Below are positions 1-14,000 of a stretch of 64,000 bases of DNA, piece after piece. Position 1 is the stretch's first letter, and each line of letters begins with the position of its first letter. Both the position numbers and the translations under genes were made by a program. The stretch lies in contig KZ538384.1 of NCBI GenBank assembly GCA_000934665.2, positions 1 through 64,000 of the forward strand. Reading direction: 5' to 3'. This DNA comes from Catajapyx aquilonaris. Lineage: Eukaryota. The notes beneath the pieces were generated by a model. That model was not told the DNA's origin, made no database searches, and worked only from the letters and a program-made list of their open reading frames with translations.

Positions 1-90
1 TTCCGGACACGGGTTCCTATGTCAAAAATGTTTGTCTTGGTCCCCTCTATCACCCCTAGAAGTTTGTAAAGTTAGGTCGTAAACACCCTG
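1..90. mobile_element. Possible right end of a Tc1/mariner-type non-autonomous element, truncated by the window edge
   Basis: Ends in AAACACCCTG followed by TA (91-92), the reverse complement of TA|CAGGGTGTTT, a typical Tc1/mariner terminus with TA target site. The matching other end is not in the window. Confidence 0.4.
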
Positions 91-570
91 TATAATACTT
101 TTCAATGTATTGACTATATGCAATCATTCTTTGAACAATGCCTAAAATGATCACTAATTCAAAATAAACATGCACTTACTGTTATATACCTTCTTAAATT
201 GCAAAAGGTAATTTTTAATTCACGGTTCCAGGGTTTTAAAATGTCCTTCCAATACTGATACGTGTACTACATAATATACGGTACGTATTATGTAAAACGT
301 CCTTTCAGTTTGCAATTTGACTTGAATTACAGTAAATCCACGTATATTATATTAACACTAAACACATTTTATGGAAGCGCGAGTTACAAGTGTTTCGTTC
401 ACAAACCCATATTGTCACGTATCACTAATAATAATCATTAGGCAATGATCTGGTAACTTTAACATCACGTTAGTAGGCCATGAGAGCTTGAGCTGTTTAC
501 AGCAGGCCATTACATCATTACGAGTACACCACAAATCCTGGCCATCGTAAAACCTGGTCGACGGAAGGTT

Positions 571-1616
571 TTATCCCCAACCCATCCTGCAACCCCAAGG
601 TTTCATCCAATCCGGTTCCTCTCTACCATCCTTCTTCAACCTCTGTGAAGCTGCTTTAGCCAAACGAAGCGCCTCTTCCAGCTTGGCTTCCGTCTCAGTC
701 ACCGACAACCGAGCAGCTTCCAAAGACATCCGGACACCCTCCAGTTCGCCCAATTTTTTATCCCATCTGCACAGAAAAATATACACTATTACTTCAACCA
801 AAGTACCGACGTCGTATAAGTTGCATTGTTGTGACGTCATTTATTGAAGCTATATACATACCTTCTAGAATTGATGTCGTTGAGTGACTGCCTCTGATCC
901 GCCGCGTCCATTTCATCCTCCAGTTCTGCCATTTCCTGCTCAAGAGCTTTTACCAGATGCTCCTGGTACACCAGCTTCCTTCTGGTCAGAAACGCATTGT
1001 TGATGTTGTCCAGTATTTCCCTCTCTTCCTTCTGGTTCATGTACGGTCCATTCCAGCACACCACACGGTCGCATTCCTCCTTCTCCCGATCATCCAGCCC
1101 ATTTTGGTGACCATTCGTATTTCCTTCTGATTTGGACCTATTTTCCGACAGTTTTCTCTGCTCTTGTTGTTGGTTGTGCCTAGGTTTTTCCACCTTTCTT
1201 TCAGGCACACACATTTGTTTATTGTCCTGTGGAATCTGCTGACGATTTTGGGCCGAATGTATCAGCCTTTCCTCCTGAACCTGCTGCCTCCTTGGAGCCC
1301 TGATGCTGCCACTGGGAATGGTCTCATCTTGCTTCCGTTTTTCCACTTCGAAAACCTGCTTCCTGTCTTTCACCGGAACCCACAAAGGCCGCTGCCCCTC
1401 TCTAGTCTTCTCCATTTCCACATCTTTTCCCACGTGCCCATTTTGCACATTCTTCACCTTTTCTTTGGTGCTATGTCGCCTCTCCTTATTGCGCGTTCCA
1501 AGATTCGAGCTGAATCTGGTGTGATTTTCGACACCTTGGCTCTTGGGGACCAACCCAACTATTTTGGGCGGTGGTGTTTTCTCCACTAGGATGATCCTAT
1601 CATTTGGAGTCCACAT
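571..1616 (-). CDS. Uncharacterised ~316-aa hydrophilic protein with a C-terminal coiled coil (2 coding exons)
   Basis: Exons 1616-862 and 766-571 joined by a 95-bp GT-AG phase-2 intron (gtatgt...tgcag), giving ...NDINSR-R-WDKKLGELEGVRMSLEAARL... Heptad-like segment LVKALEQEMAELEDEMDAAD. A tttcag acceptor lies just upstream of the ATG, so an upstream exon is likely. No recognisable domain. Confidence 0.6.
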
Positions 1617-4600
1617 GATCTGAAATTACAAGTTTGCAATGTGAATGTTGTGTCACATAAATATCGCTAATTCCCAGCTAACTGGCATTTCAAGTTTTTT
1701 TTGTGTGTGTGTGCCTTTTCCGACAAAGACAAGCCGAGCCTGGCAGGTTTTGTTGCAAACAGCCTTTATCCACAGGCCGTGTTTGCACGGGTGGCTGCCA
1801 CTCCTGTTTCCCTGATTAGACTCGCTTTGGCTGCTTCCATGGGACAGTTCCGGGGATTGCCATCCCAGAAACACCAGCAGGAACTAACCGAGGAAAGGAG
1901 TCGCCTCCACCGCAGAAAACACACCGCAAAAACCAACCCGGACAAAACTCAAATCTCGTGAGGGCCAAACCACGGGTTGCATCCAATTAAAAGGGACACC
2001 CCTCCTGCTGGGACATTTTATTTGCACTCTAATTAAGGTTGTCATGAGCCTTTCACTCAGCGTATGTAATCGCACACTGGGCTTCTAACGGGTTGTAAAA
2101 TATTTGCACTCTTGTAAGTGACTGCCACACATGGTGTTAACACCTGCCGGATCTTCCCATTTTTTTTCTCATATGTATCGAGGTGTCACGAGTATGCGAC
2201 AATGAATGGGGGTCATTCGTGAGGCGTGCAATCAAGTTCTCGTATTGTTTGCCTTTATTGTCGAAATGCTCCATTGAAATCTGGGAGACAATGAGAGGAA
2301 TTTTCGCAACATTTTATAATTATTCTCCGGGTGGTATATAGATACACATCACACTCGAGCTAATAGCCAAGTACTTTATAAGATTACTGCACGCTCTGCG
2401 GGGATTCTGATTCCCATGAACCTCCTTCCCATGTTCTCATTTAGGTCACATTGCTTTGCTAATTAATGAGAAAAGCTGCCAGGAAAACCTCTTGAACCGT
2501 ACTGTATAAACGATCTTTTGCATGGCTCCGAGTATTGACATGGGGTGACGTAGCCTATGCAAAACCTGTGTACTGTACTGTACAATTTATTTCCGGCAGT
2601 GTAGCAACAGCTGCAGGCCAAATAAGACCCTCTTCATCTTCATGGATGACTTGTCAACTTCCGTTGCCCACCCAACCCGCTCCGTTACGAACCGGAGGCA
2701 CAATTTGTTCCACTTTTAAACCTAATGGGCTTTCATAAGCAGGCATTCAAAATTCCCAAAGGCTCATAAACTCCGTCAGGAGTACTCCACGTTTCTTAAT
2801 AAAAATATGCTCATTTTTTTCCATATTTTATAATCGCCCGGTCCTAATGCGTGTGAATAAGCAGTGCATTGCCCCTCCAAATAGTCATGGCTGTAATTCC
2901 ACCCACAGTAATGGCCACGTAACAAACGGCCCCACACTTTTTAAAAGCCTGGGCCGTTCAACTCCTCCCTGGTAATTCACCAGCACACTGGGGCCATTTC
3001 AAAACTGATAAAGTGTAATAATTGACCTCATTGCCCACGCGCGCATTGCGTCAAAGTCTCCACAATCCTGGCCTATAAACCTCCTACAGTAAACGGGCTA
3101 TAACTTTAAAAAAAACTGTCACTCGAACTTTGAGAGGTTCAAAAAAAAATTGAATTTACAAAAAAGCAAATCCTGTACTCACATGCTGTGTCGGTTGCAG
3201 AGACGGGTATGGCATCCGAGACATATCGTGTGTGTGCGCACCTCTGATAAGACCGAGGCAAAAGTCCAGGCCCGGCAGGCAAGTTAGCAAAGGAAAAAAG
3301 GGGGATGGGAAAGAGAGGTTGGGCCTTTGCGGGGGAGGTGCGAAAAAGATGATAAGAGAGTTATGTTGGGAACGGGATCCAACCGGAGAGAAACTTCCGC
3401 CGTGCTTGCCAGGGCCGGGTTACTAGGTCGGATGAAAAGGAGAAGAAGAAGAAGAAGGAGAAGACACAAATGACTTCCTCCGCCGGACGTGGAATAACCA
3501 ACCGAGTCAAGGAATTTTTACCATGGCGCACCTTAGCCTCGACACAGATGGTGCGTGCCATTTTTTTGGGGCGACTATTCGCCAATTGCACCTCAGCGCC
3601 AATTCGCACATTAGATCAGTCAACCGGGCATAATCGCTCAGCCATTTGCGGCGGTTTCACTAGTTCCCTATATCCTGCTCAGCATAATTGGCGTAATGTT
3701 CCCATCAGCGGAGATCACCTCAAGTGCTTTTGTAATATTTGGTGCGTGTATAAGCTCTTTATGGGAGGTGCAATGGCCAAGTCTTCACTTCAAAAAGGGT
3801 AGCAAAACTGATGGAAGCATGCGATTCATGATTCCCTCTAAAATAACTGGGGCAGTGCACCACCCTGTATTAAGGGTGCTTGACTTTTATGTCAGGATAA
3901 ATCTATCTCAGGATAAGCCGCGATAAGTATAATGCTATGAGGAAAGATTTACAATATTTATTATCTGCACTGAGACGTTTTGGTTTGCTCCAATTGTGCA
4001 CTGTACGTTACTTGAAAGGATTTTGAAAGAAAGAGTTATTGATAAGGCTGCACCAGAACAACAAAAGCAACTCTCAAGCGATAATATCGTGGGATTTGCG
4101 CCAAAAAATGGCTATTGAGGTAGGTAGAAACTAAACCATGCTTTGAAATCCCCGATGCGTGAAAATTACTCCAAGTTAATAAGTGCAAGAACCCTTGGGA
4201 ATATTAACCAGCAAGAAAAATACATTTTGCCTATGGATTCTGAAGGTGGCCCAAAAACTTGTTATTGTTTTCTGCATAATATTGAACGATTCGATCGACC
4301 TAAAATGAATATAAAATAAGTGTTATGTTTGTCCCCGGACCTTTATTGGCTATCCCACTGTATCGACACTCCACGGATATGCTTTCCTCGCCGTATATTT
4401 TTCCAACCCCCAACGATATTTCATGAAATTCAACAACCAGCCTGTCAGTCCTACAGACACAAAGTATGAAAGTTGCAATAACACTTTTTTTTCCGTATCT
4501 CTCCATTTCTTCTGAACTAAAAGGAGGGTGTAGCAGCAGCGTTCATCTCAATGGTCCCTTTGTTCTTCCACAACAGTCGGAAAATTATGAATAGATTCTC

Positions 4601-7600
4601 ATCCCCTCTCTAGTCTTTCTCATCAGCCGTTTGTTATCTCGAAAAATGAACGGAGACAAACGCCAGCAGAATATCTTCCAGCAAGGGCGAAACATTTGAA
4701 CTTATCATCACTCTCATCAACCACATTCCATACAGTTTTGCCTCAACCATTGTTTCCAAATGGCGGCTGCGCGGACAAAACTTGCCTGGGCATTGTTAAA
4801 ATAAAAAATAATTAGGGTCGGATAGTGGAAGGGGTAGGCGGGGCACAGGCTTTAGTATCCCACACCATTTGTGCGGTGGGCTGGTCGTTAGACCTCCTTT
4901 CTGCACCACCAGCTTTATGCCTCCCTGGTACCCAAAAAGCACTTGCATGGACTGCTACCTTCACGTCCACCGAAATATGCAGTACACGATTTTACACCTA
5001 CCCGCTTTTTAAAAAACGGGCCAAATCCTGGGTTGCATCATGCAAGGATGAAAAATGACCTTTTCGGCCAGATGCACGGTTAGGGCTAATTCTGACCACA
5101 TCCCGCAAAATAGGGTTGTGCCCCTTAGACAAACGCGGCAACCCGCATTGCATCTTATCCTGGAACATAGGCACATCGTTGACGGTATGTCCACATCCCA
5201 TGAAACAATGAAAGTTTCTCACCCACTTTCACTAATATTGTACCCATTGTGCGCATTTCAAACTTCTTTTCACCAGAGTTAAACGGATGAGAAGCGTGAA
5301 AGGTTGGGGTAGGCCTGGAGCTTGCACATGATCGATTATTGAAGCAGAGGACCATCTCCTCCCAGCATCCCCCCCACCCCATTTTCCTAGACATAGTAGC
5401 TATACATCCTGGTCCGGAGCAAGCTAAAGGAGAGATGGATGCCTGCGCCCAGCCCGGAGGAAGCCAAAAGCGCTTCCATTCGGAGGCCCTACCGCCCACG
5501 TATTGATCCTGCACCAGCGAGGGATGCTGCTGACTGGTGACGTCGGTGTGACGTACCAACTAACCTCCGAGAGAACACACACACACACCGTAACAAAAAA
5601 AAAGTGGGGCCCCTCTCGCTCTTGTCTGACGACACACCAGCAAACCTGGCTATTCTGCCACTCCCCTATTAATAAAACATGGCCTACAAGCCACCATCTC
5701 TTTGAACATGGCTGTACGGCGGTTTCCTATGTATCCTTAATTCACTGTGCATGGAAAAATCGTTACCGAGCGATTCTATCCTGGCAGATATGCAACCCAA
5801 CGATCATACATAAAATCACACATCAGGGATTCGAACCAAGGATGCCATATGCAAAAAAAAGCACAACAGGACTCTTGCATATAGGGTTAGATGGTACCAT
5901 CCAATTCCGCCATTACATTTGTCCCAACGATTTGGGCTGGCCAAATGGGGCCATGAGGGAGCCCATAAAAGGTCCCTCTCCAGAGTGGAAGCAGAATCAC
6001 TTTCTCCAGGCCTCTCCCTCTAGACTTCCAGTATACTCCCAAACATATATGATAAGTCGTTTCGGCCAAACATAAAAGTAGAATCTAAGTGGGAGTCTCT
6101 CAGGGTGGGGGGTGCAAAACATCAAGAATTCTTACGGGTGCAGTTCATGCTAAGGAGGCTTTACTGGAGGCCACAAGAGAAGAAGAAAAAAAAGTCACGC
6201 ATTCTTTCCTGGAGATCCTTCATAAATTCCCGGCTCGTCCTCTTTTCCGTTCCTGCTTTCTGGTTTATTTTGCAGGTTCGTATGGCCCTCTGGGGACACA
6301 TGCGCCGAGAGTTGCGTATCCTCTTAGAACCAGCTTTTCTACAACCCCATTCAGGCTGCTTTATTGGCCTCGACCAATGTGAACAGAAACGGGTGGGTGT
6401 GTGGGTGGGGATCAGCACTTTTTTTTCTCTCCTATAAGGACTATCCACGCCCCTGCCCTAGCAAGCAGCAACTGGACTACTACCAAGTAATTACTTCTAA
6501 AGGTGGTCATTAGTTTCAGTTAGAGGGTCTTACGTCACGGTTGACAAAGCAACTCGATTAGGTGTCTGCTAATGGAATTTTAATCGGAGGACAATAAATA
6601 TTTATTACGGCGCATATTGGGGAGTCGTTTTCTTAAATTGTCAGAATGGATTCGGGTCTGCGGAAATTAAGCATCTGTTCTTAGAATAGAATCTGGAATA
6701 TCTTCGGAAGTTGACTCGGAGGCTACAAATTACTAACAATATCTTTGAACATATTAAGGTAGCGCCATCGATTGGAACGGTGTTTGTGCGACATCAATCT
6801 TCGTAGAAAATATATTGCAAGGTGCTTCAGTGTCTCATCCCTATTAAGGAAGTAATGCGATTAGCTTCTTTCATCTTTGCCTGCTGGAACCAACCAAGAA
6901 AAAAAAGGAAAAAAAAACCTCTTCGACGGTTCTGATTTTTCCCCGATGGCGTTGAATGTGAAAGGTGGACTTTTCCCATACTTGGTAACTTTTTTTCTCT
7001 ATTGATAGCGGCCAAACTTTGAAGCACAACTTATGAAAGATTAATATTTCGATAACGCCAAGTCAAGCACACTTTTTGCATCACCGGAACAAAAAAAGAA
7101 ACTCGTTCCTGCAAAAAAAAAACGTTGATAAGGAGAATATTTTCAGCGCTAGAAAGCCTCTGCCGCTTCCTCTTTTATTGCGTTTCACGATTGCATATAC
7201 GAGACATTTATATGCATGTTCTGCATATAAAGCTCTTGCAGCGTTGTTTCCCCCCCCNCCCCCCAAACACTGCCCTGTATCGAATAAAATTAATTTTGAC
7301 AGATAAATCTGTTTCCAATTGTCCACAGAACTCAATACCGTTCCTCGAAAAGAGAACAAACAGATTACATTACAAAAGCGAACTGTCAATATGAATCGAA
7401 AGCATCCTAAAAATAGGTCATTGAAAGGCCAAAAGTACACGCTTGTAATTAACTGCCCTTTCTCGCCCACCGTGCACTGTTGTTCAATATATCTAATCTC
7501 CCAAGTTGCGTCACAACTTCTATGAATCAGGGGTATTGACATGCTTCTCCACATCTGTCGATCTGAAGCCGCACGAACTTTTTTGATAGAAGGCGGAGTT

Positions 7601-8006
7601 GGGTGGTGGAAGAGGTGCAGGGTTTTGGGAGCTTGTGCCGAGGGTAGATGGGGGGGGTATGGGTGGTGACGACATCGACATCGACGACGAGGATCAGGGC
7701 GACGAGGGTAGACCTCGAGGCGCCTGCGCCACCAGCATCAGCATCAGCAGCAGTATCAGCAGCAGCAGCGTCTGCCCACAGCAGCAGACCAAAGAACAGG
7801 GAGGAAATCAGCTGCTCTTCACACACAAAAAAAGACAACAACAACAACAATAAGTGGTAGCTGAAGGGTGCGGCACGGTTACCCCCACCAGAAAAAAGTG
7901 CGGGTTATTTTAACTTTTTTTTTGAGGAATCTTCGGGAGGTCTGCAGAAAGGGGAGGTGCGGTTGGCCCTCCCGACGGCCCCCATGTTGGTCCCGGGGCA
8001 GACACC

Positions 8007-11000
8007 ATGCCCATTCCAGGCAGAATTGCCCATTCTCCGTTGATGAAGCCACTGGTAGTGCTGGCCTTACCTGGCATGTACCTCTTCTACAAGTACAACC
8101 AGTACAAGCGGCAGCAGCAGGAGCAGAATCGGCGCAAAGTCACCGAAAGAGAGCTTGCTCATCTCAACCACAAGATCGTAAGTAAAACATTTTCAGGTGA
8201 TTAAAAAAATTATATACGCGAAAATGCTACGTACAATGATTCTGACAAGTGAGAGGTGCATTGCGGTGTTACAGGTACGGGAGATCGTTGAATGCGGTTA
8301 TTTTGTTGGTGAATTTTCAGGACATACAGTTTTTGGCTCTACTGCAAATTAGACGAGTATTATTATTAGACGGCTCGGTCTTATTTCAGATAGAGTGAAG
8401 GTGGGCGGGAGACCAAAATGAGCTTTATTTACATACCGAAGGAGTACTTGTCGTTATACTGGCATAATATATATTCCGCAGGGTATGTTTTCTATGGAGA
8501 TTGGATTGTGGAAGGCCTAGATTTTGTAATGGCGCATCCTTCCATCACGCAGTCTCTTTGTAGGGGACTAATTTGCCTAATCTTTGACCAGTGCGGTAGC
8601 GTTCAATATTCTAATATGTTCTGATAAGCGAAATGAGCAAAAAAATCTGACATCTAATGACGTACAACTTATACCATTTGCGATTATTATTTGTGTCAGT
8701 GTTACGGTTTATAATTGTTTCCGTATTATAATGATGGTTGAATATAATCCAACAGTGCCGTATTTGAACATACCTAAGGTCTTGAAGTCTCAAATTTGAA
8801 TCGATTTCATTTTTATGGCAAGAGCGGATGACACAATTTTAGAAAATCGACATTTACAAAGACATAGTTTTGTACTACCTTCACGTGGAATAATACCAAT
8901 CAAAACTAGTTAATTTCACTAAACCTCAGCTTTCGTGAACAAACATGCTCGAACCTTTAAATGGCATGTGTCGGCGATATAGCATGCAGCATAAAATAAC
9001 TTAATGTTACGGATTCCTGTCGCCTTTTGTGGACATTTTAAATGTGACCAGTTGCAAATTCTGGAATTTCAAATCTGAATGTTACTATTCCTGAAATATC
9101 GAAATATCACTGTACAGTATATTGAACATTTTCCACTGAAACATGAAGTGCTGTGGTACGATCAAAGAGTGCCTGTAAGCTGCGTACTGCTCGACTTGCA
9201 CACTGACTGGCATGTAAAAGAATGCATAATAAATTGTTCGAGACGATATTCTGATCACAAATAGTCGGCATAACAACGTTGCAAAAACTCGTTTTTAGGC
9301 TTTGTTGAATTATTTGGTGGCAATTAGTGCTAACAGTAAATAATCAATATATGGGGGCAATGAATTTAATTATGCTTCATTATCTCCGAGAGTCTCCAAT
9401 AAAGTGTTTGGCATATATCCAGCTTTCTAAACGAATCATTTTATTTTTGCGTCACTCTCAGGCAATGGAAGGCCAAGAGACGGATTTGTGATTCAGATGA
9501 CATCAACAATACTCATATGGCAGTGTATATGAAGAAACCTACCTTGAAGTTGCAGAGATTCACTTATTTCCCCAGTTAATTATTATTATTATTATGGTGT
9601 TACTACCATCACCCCTTATAACACCGACTTCTGCTTTCAAATGCAAGTAATGCTGCATTTAAATGGGCACCAATATAAACAATGCCGGTTTATTTTAATG
9701 TCAAAGCTGTTTGATCAGTTGACAAGAAAGCAAAGGCGGAATATCCGAATATGTCCTATACGGTATGTGACTATCGGACATCCTGATAAGCGGGCAACGA
9801 AATTCTTGTAGGTCTATGTTATTATTTTTAACGCAGTGTGTTCAACTATATATACGTAACTGAACGCTACACTAAACATGCAGCAATAGCTTTAAAAATG
9901 CAGAGTAGATCACAGAGTATGTATGTATACAACTGCATAACCATTATATTTCCGTTATCCCTAAAACTATTAGAGTAATTTATTGAAATTATGAATTGCA
10001 AAGAAAGAACACTAGAAATTCTAAACAATGCATGTGGGATTTTCAAATGTCATTATTTTTTGTAGTTTCTTCTGGAGTCACATTTAGAATTACCGCGCAC
10101 TAAAAACACACTTGGACCAATGATGGAATGTCGTATGTATCTTGTAAAATTCTTTCATGTTATGTGTCAATACGTATATCATAATGGAAACGGCGCGGCG
10201 TATACTGTACTATAGTAGGCCTACAGTAATGTGCAACATAATGAAACCTACAAGTCACTCAAAAATTAAGGAACGTTAGTATTTTTAAAAAGATTTGTCT
10301 GATTGAAATGTCGCATGGCTTTGTATCTAATGTATTTACTCAAACGTCTTGATTTGAAATCCTCTTAATTTATTACTCCGAATTTCTATAAGAGTCATGA
10401 ACATGCCAACGGGCCCGTTTGTTTTATATGTGTTTTCGATCAAAAATGCAAGAGCTATCAAGATCGTACGAAGACCCGAAATGCAGAAGAGAGTCACATT
10501 TATTGACTGATTTCGAGATAGGAGGGTTTCAAGTTCGAAGATCCTTGTGGGATGATTGTTTAAAAGTATTTCTCTATAATAGAGGAGGCGAGAGGAGGCT
10601 GTAATTATTTCCATCGGAAACATGGCTCTCAGAAAGTACCCTCAACTTTTACCAAAATGTGACACTAATCATCTTACATTTCGTGTGCTCATATTGAATC
10701 ACATGTAACTTACCGGTATATCACATTCTAAATGATTTTATTCACATGCCAATCTCTGTCCGCTTTATTATGCTAAAGATTTCCGCGAGATTGATACATT
10801 TCCACATACTATGTTTCAAATACAGTATATTGTTCACAGCGATATCACTTGCTCTTATCTGGATTTGGAATAAGGATACCAGTACTTTCATAGCTCCATG
10901 AATCATTGGCATGCAATTTGAAATTTTATCGAGCTTTGTTGTTATCATTTCTGTTATCAAGCTTCATGCTATCATAACTACTTCCCTATCTGCAGTACAA

Positions 11001-14000
11001 GCCTTCATAATAAAAGTGCAACAATATTCAAGTAATGAGACGAACAAAATCATTCAACCTCACAAGGATTGACCACAATAAAAGCCACACTGGCCGTTCC
11101 GCAAAACATCTCTCTTCCCCACAGCATTATCCAATATCGTGTTATTGCTCTGTCAGTCTGATGAACTCTAAAGCAGATATGCCTATACAGTATATTACAT
11201 CCTAATTCACCTGAACCATTTTGATTACTGAGAAGTAATTATATGCCCCCCCCCCCCCCCCNCCCCGAGAAAAAGATCTGACTCAGCAAAACATGTACAC
11301 GTTTCCAAAACAAGGCAGCAGAGCAGCACAACTTCATTTAGACTACAGGCACTGAAAGTTGTGCCGAGCAAATGGGATCCGTGAGGGAAAGGTAAAGAAA
11401 GGGAGAACCAGCTAGTGTGTCTGGGGGTAGCCGGGGGGGGGGCACACACACACACACACACACACACACCCAAGGTAACTCCTCAACTTCCTCCGCCAAT
11501 TAAATCCGGGGCAAAAAGCAAGCTTGTTGCTCCTCGGCCCCAGTTTCATCAACTTTTCAGCACCTGTAAGGCCAAATGCGGGCCCTTAAATTGCTCCTCA
11601 TAATTCCTGAGAGAACACTCCCCCGTCTGCCATACCAACGCAAGGTCTGACTGACTGCGTTGTCTCTTTCGATTACACCAGAGGTATTTTTTTAAGAAAA
11701 AAAAATAATCATCCGCGAAAAAAATGAAGAAATATTATCTCACTAGTGAGACGCACTTTGTCAACTGTTACCGGACAGGATTTGACAGCACCTGGTAGGC
11801 GAAACGGAAGCATCAAGTTGATTTGTTCGTCCGACTAGGCAACGACGAGTCGGATGAGAATGGATTTAAGAAATGAAGAAGAAAAAAAAATGAAACGGCC
11901 TTTCCACTTAGCTAAGCACGTCATCTTAAATATCATTCCGACCGTAGCTTGAGACGGGCAAGGAAAGAGGAGGAGAAAAAAATAATCAAAGTTAGCCATT
12001 AAGTTACATCTGGTAATAGGAGCGTCCTCAGTCTCTGGTCTTGAATCTTAACAGGGCGTAATTTGGATCGTCGTTTAGCCAGCGTTCATCTAATGATACT
12101 CATTATGAGAACCTTCTCGTGAGAGTTATGATTACGTTTGCTTCCTGATTTGAGCGTGAATCTACTTTGTGAAGAATTGTGGAGATGATTGTGCTCGAGG
12201 GTTGGCAGCTGCGAGGCGAAACTATAATGGCGTCGCAGCCAGCAAGGTGTAGGATAGAGCAATATCCGAATTCTACAGGCCAGAAAGAGAAGCACATATA
12301 GCATTAGAATTTAATTTAAAACAATAGTGTGCAGTTTCACACAATTAATTTCATTGATATCATTTGTAACATCCGGTCCACTCTTACTACAGATGAATCT
12401 GTTGAAGTCACAAAAAATATTTATGGTTCTGTAAGCTTAATTGATCAGCATGGAATGTTGATATGGCCTCGAAGCATTTCACCAATGATATCGTGACTCA
12501 TTACGCCACTGCTGAAACAGGCGCTGATTGTGTCATATTCAAGTGCTTTTCACCCATACATAAGTTACACAATGAATGAAGTTATAACTACGGAAATAAT
12601 CACGTTTATCCGGTTCGGTGCAGATCAATTACAATTTTTACAGAGAATTATCGAATAAATTTACAGATTTTATCGAACACTTCCAGAGTACGAATGAGAG
12701 TATATAGGGGGGGTGTCACGCAGATAATCCCTATTCTCTTCTTTTCTCTCTACGCGACTACTTTCACGAGAAAATTGCCTTTTATCTCCCGTAACGTTGC
12801 GGACAATCTCCTCGACTCCATGAAGTTAATCCCTTGGCCACAGCCTGTTACCTTTCGAAATTGTTACCAGGGTTTACGTCACACGAGAGAGGTCATCAGT
12901 ATACAGCAGCACTACATTGAGTTATATAGGAACTTTAAAATCCAACTCTTCATATTCATTTGTATAGGTATTCGAAGGTTTGTAATGAAGCACAAAAATT
13001 GAGCGCGTACGAATATTATTACGTATATATACAAATCTGGAAAACTTTAAATACAATAGGATTCCGCTAGTCGTTAACAAAGGAAGAAAAACATATTACT
13101 TACAATACAAGAGCAAATGAATAGAACGAGAACCAAATGTAGCTTGTACTGCAAGTCATGCGTTTTAAATCAAATCGAAATGGAAACTCTCTGTTCTAAA
13201 CCTTGTACATGGTTGAATGAGTTAAAATAATGCCTACGTTCGACATTGCAGAGCAATATGTCTGCCAAAAGGGTTGAGGATTCATTTGTATTCTTTATGC
13301 GGATCGTTCAAACAGATTGACCTTTGACCATCAGCAGTTATTTTATGAGCCCAGGCACACAAATCTGATGGGAGTAAATCAAGCGAACTGTGTGTGATCA
13401 AGAAAAATGTGAGTGAACATTCCAGCCCGACATCTGACAAATTTGCGCGTCCACCTCGGTCAGACACCGAGATACACAGATATTGACGCATAATTCCCTA
13501 TAATAAAATTGATTTATTAAACTAATTTCAGTGATCATATTCTAACCACTTGATCACGAACAGACAACCGCACTCAGGATGCAATTAAACCACAGGGTTC
13601 ATGTAATAAAGAGGTCTCAATTTTTGCAAACCTTACCGTAATATCGTTACACATCAAATATGTATTGGACATGCCTCCAGATATTAGGTCTGTGACGGAA
13701 ATTGCTCATTTGAAACTTGATAGAATCATGATTCTATTGTTGTACTACGTCTAAGCCTCCAAAATAATGGGGTTGGACCCGAACCAAGTTGGAAGCCGAG
13801 TTCCCCCTGAGGAAGTGAAATGCAACGAAGCAACGTGTGCAAATTGGACCAATATATTAGGAGCCATTATTCTGATGCGGTGGCTCCGTTTGCCTAGTCC
13901 TGTTTGGCTTGGAGATTTGCGGCCTCAAGTCAAATGGCGCGTTCAGCCTTGAACTGCTCCTCTGCTCAGCTAGCAGCATACCTTTACCTGGGTGGTTTGC

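Noticed and set aside
1164..1589. Hydrophobic plus-strand ORF
   Set aside because: Antisense of the charged minus-strand ORF 837-1616.
5826..5837. GGGATTCGAACC, reverse complement of a Pol III B-box (tRNA or SINE)
   Set aside because: No A-box or cloverleaf visible nearby.
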